Positions 63,744 through 64,000 of a DNA stretch of 64,000 bases are shown one piece after another; position 1 is the stretch's first letter; each line of letters opens with the position of its first letter. The DNA comes from Xylographa opegraphella (Eukaryota). Position numbers and translations under genes: made by a program. The notes under the pieces are model-generated. The model was given only the letters and a program-made list of their open reading frames with translations, was not told the DNA's origin and did no database searches. The stretch covers positions 62,001 to 126,000 of the forward strand of contig JALDZX010000013.1 in assembly GCA_022813865.1 (NCBI GenBank), given 5' to 3'.

Positions 63744-64000
63744 ATGGATCCAGCTAGATATGAGGAGCCTGACGATCATGGTCACAATTCTCGCAAAACT
63801 CCCTCTGACCTCGATAGCTTTCTAGCGACTATTCCGGACAAGTTTGATGTTTCCGGTGATGACCTTGTTGCTGCTGATACCCAGAACACAACCGATCAAA
63901 ACTCCAAAATTTTGCAAGCCTTTGACAGTGAGTATGGCATTGACCACGCGACGCATGGACGTGTAGTCGCAGAAAGCTCGTCTATGAACCACCAAGGGCT
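63744..64000 (+). CDS. 5' part of an unidentified gene running off the right edge
   Basis: ATG in ACAACATGG context. The frame (MDPARYEEPDDHGHNSRKTPSDLDSFLATIPDKF...) is open to the window end. Confidence 0.45.
   Translation, partial: MDPARYEEPDDHGHNSRKTPSDLDSFLATIPDKFDVSGDDLVAADTQNTTDQNSKILQAFDSEYGIDHATHGRVVAESSSMNHQG

Overview
Eukaryotic DNA from a filamentous ascomycete (Pezizomycotina-type): short spliceosomal introns with GTRAGT donors, CTRAC branch sites and YAG acceptors. I rebuilt the gene models by hand from the ORF track and splice signals. From left to right: (1) a compact housekeeping block at 1-10.7 kb (ASA1, DBP7, PAN6, POP4, and a PlsB-family acyltransferase ending in a peroxisomal PTS1); (2) about 7 kb of decayed sequence containing a Ty3/gypsy integrase-chromodomain remnant, a 50-bp inverted repeat and a frameshifted SNF2-type fragment; (3) an apparently intact secondary-metabolite cluster at 18.2-38.4 kb comprising an iron-type lipoxygenase, a highly reducing PKS (KS-AT-DH-cMT-ER-KR-ACP), a LovG/FSH1-type serine hydrolase, an MFS exporter and a Zn2Cys6 regulator, whose two divergent promoters share CGG-containing motifs; (4) a low-complexity tract with an assembly gap, an orphan gene, an amino-acid permease, a caleosin/peroxygenase and a small intronless RapZ-C-terminal-like gene with an HCX5RS loop; (5) a second Zn2Cys6 factor, NUP49, FIP1, a phytase and the start of another ORF. 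The best candidate for an undescribed system is the lipoxygenase + HR-PKS cluster, possibly extended by the nearby peroxygenase. All family calls come from motif recognition; no database searches were run.
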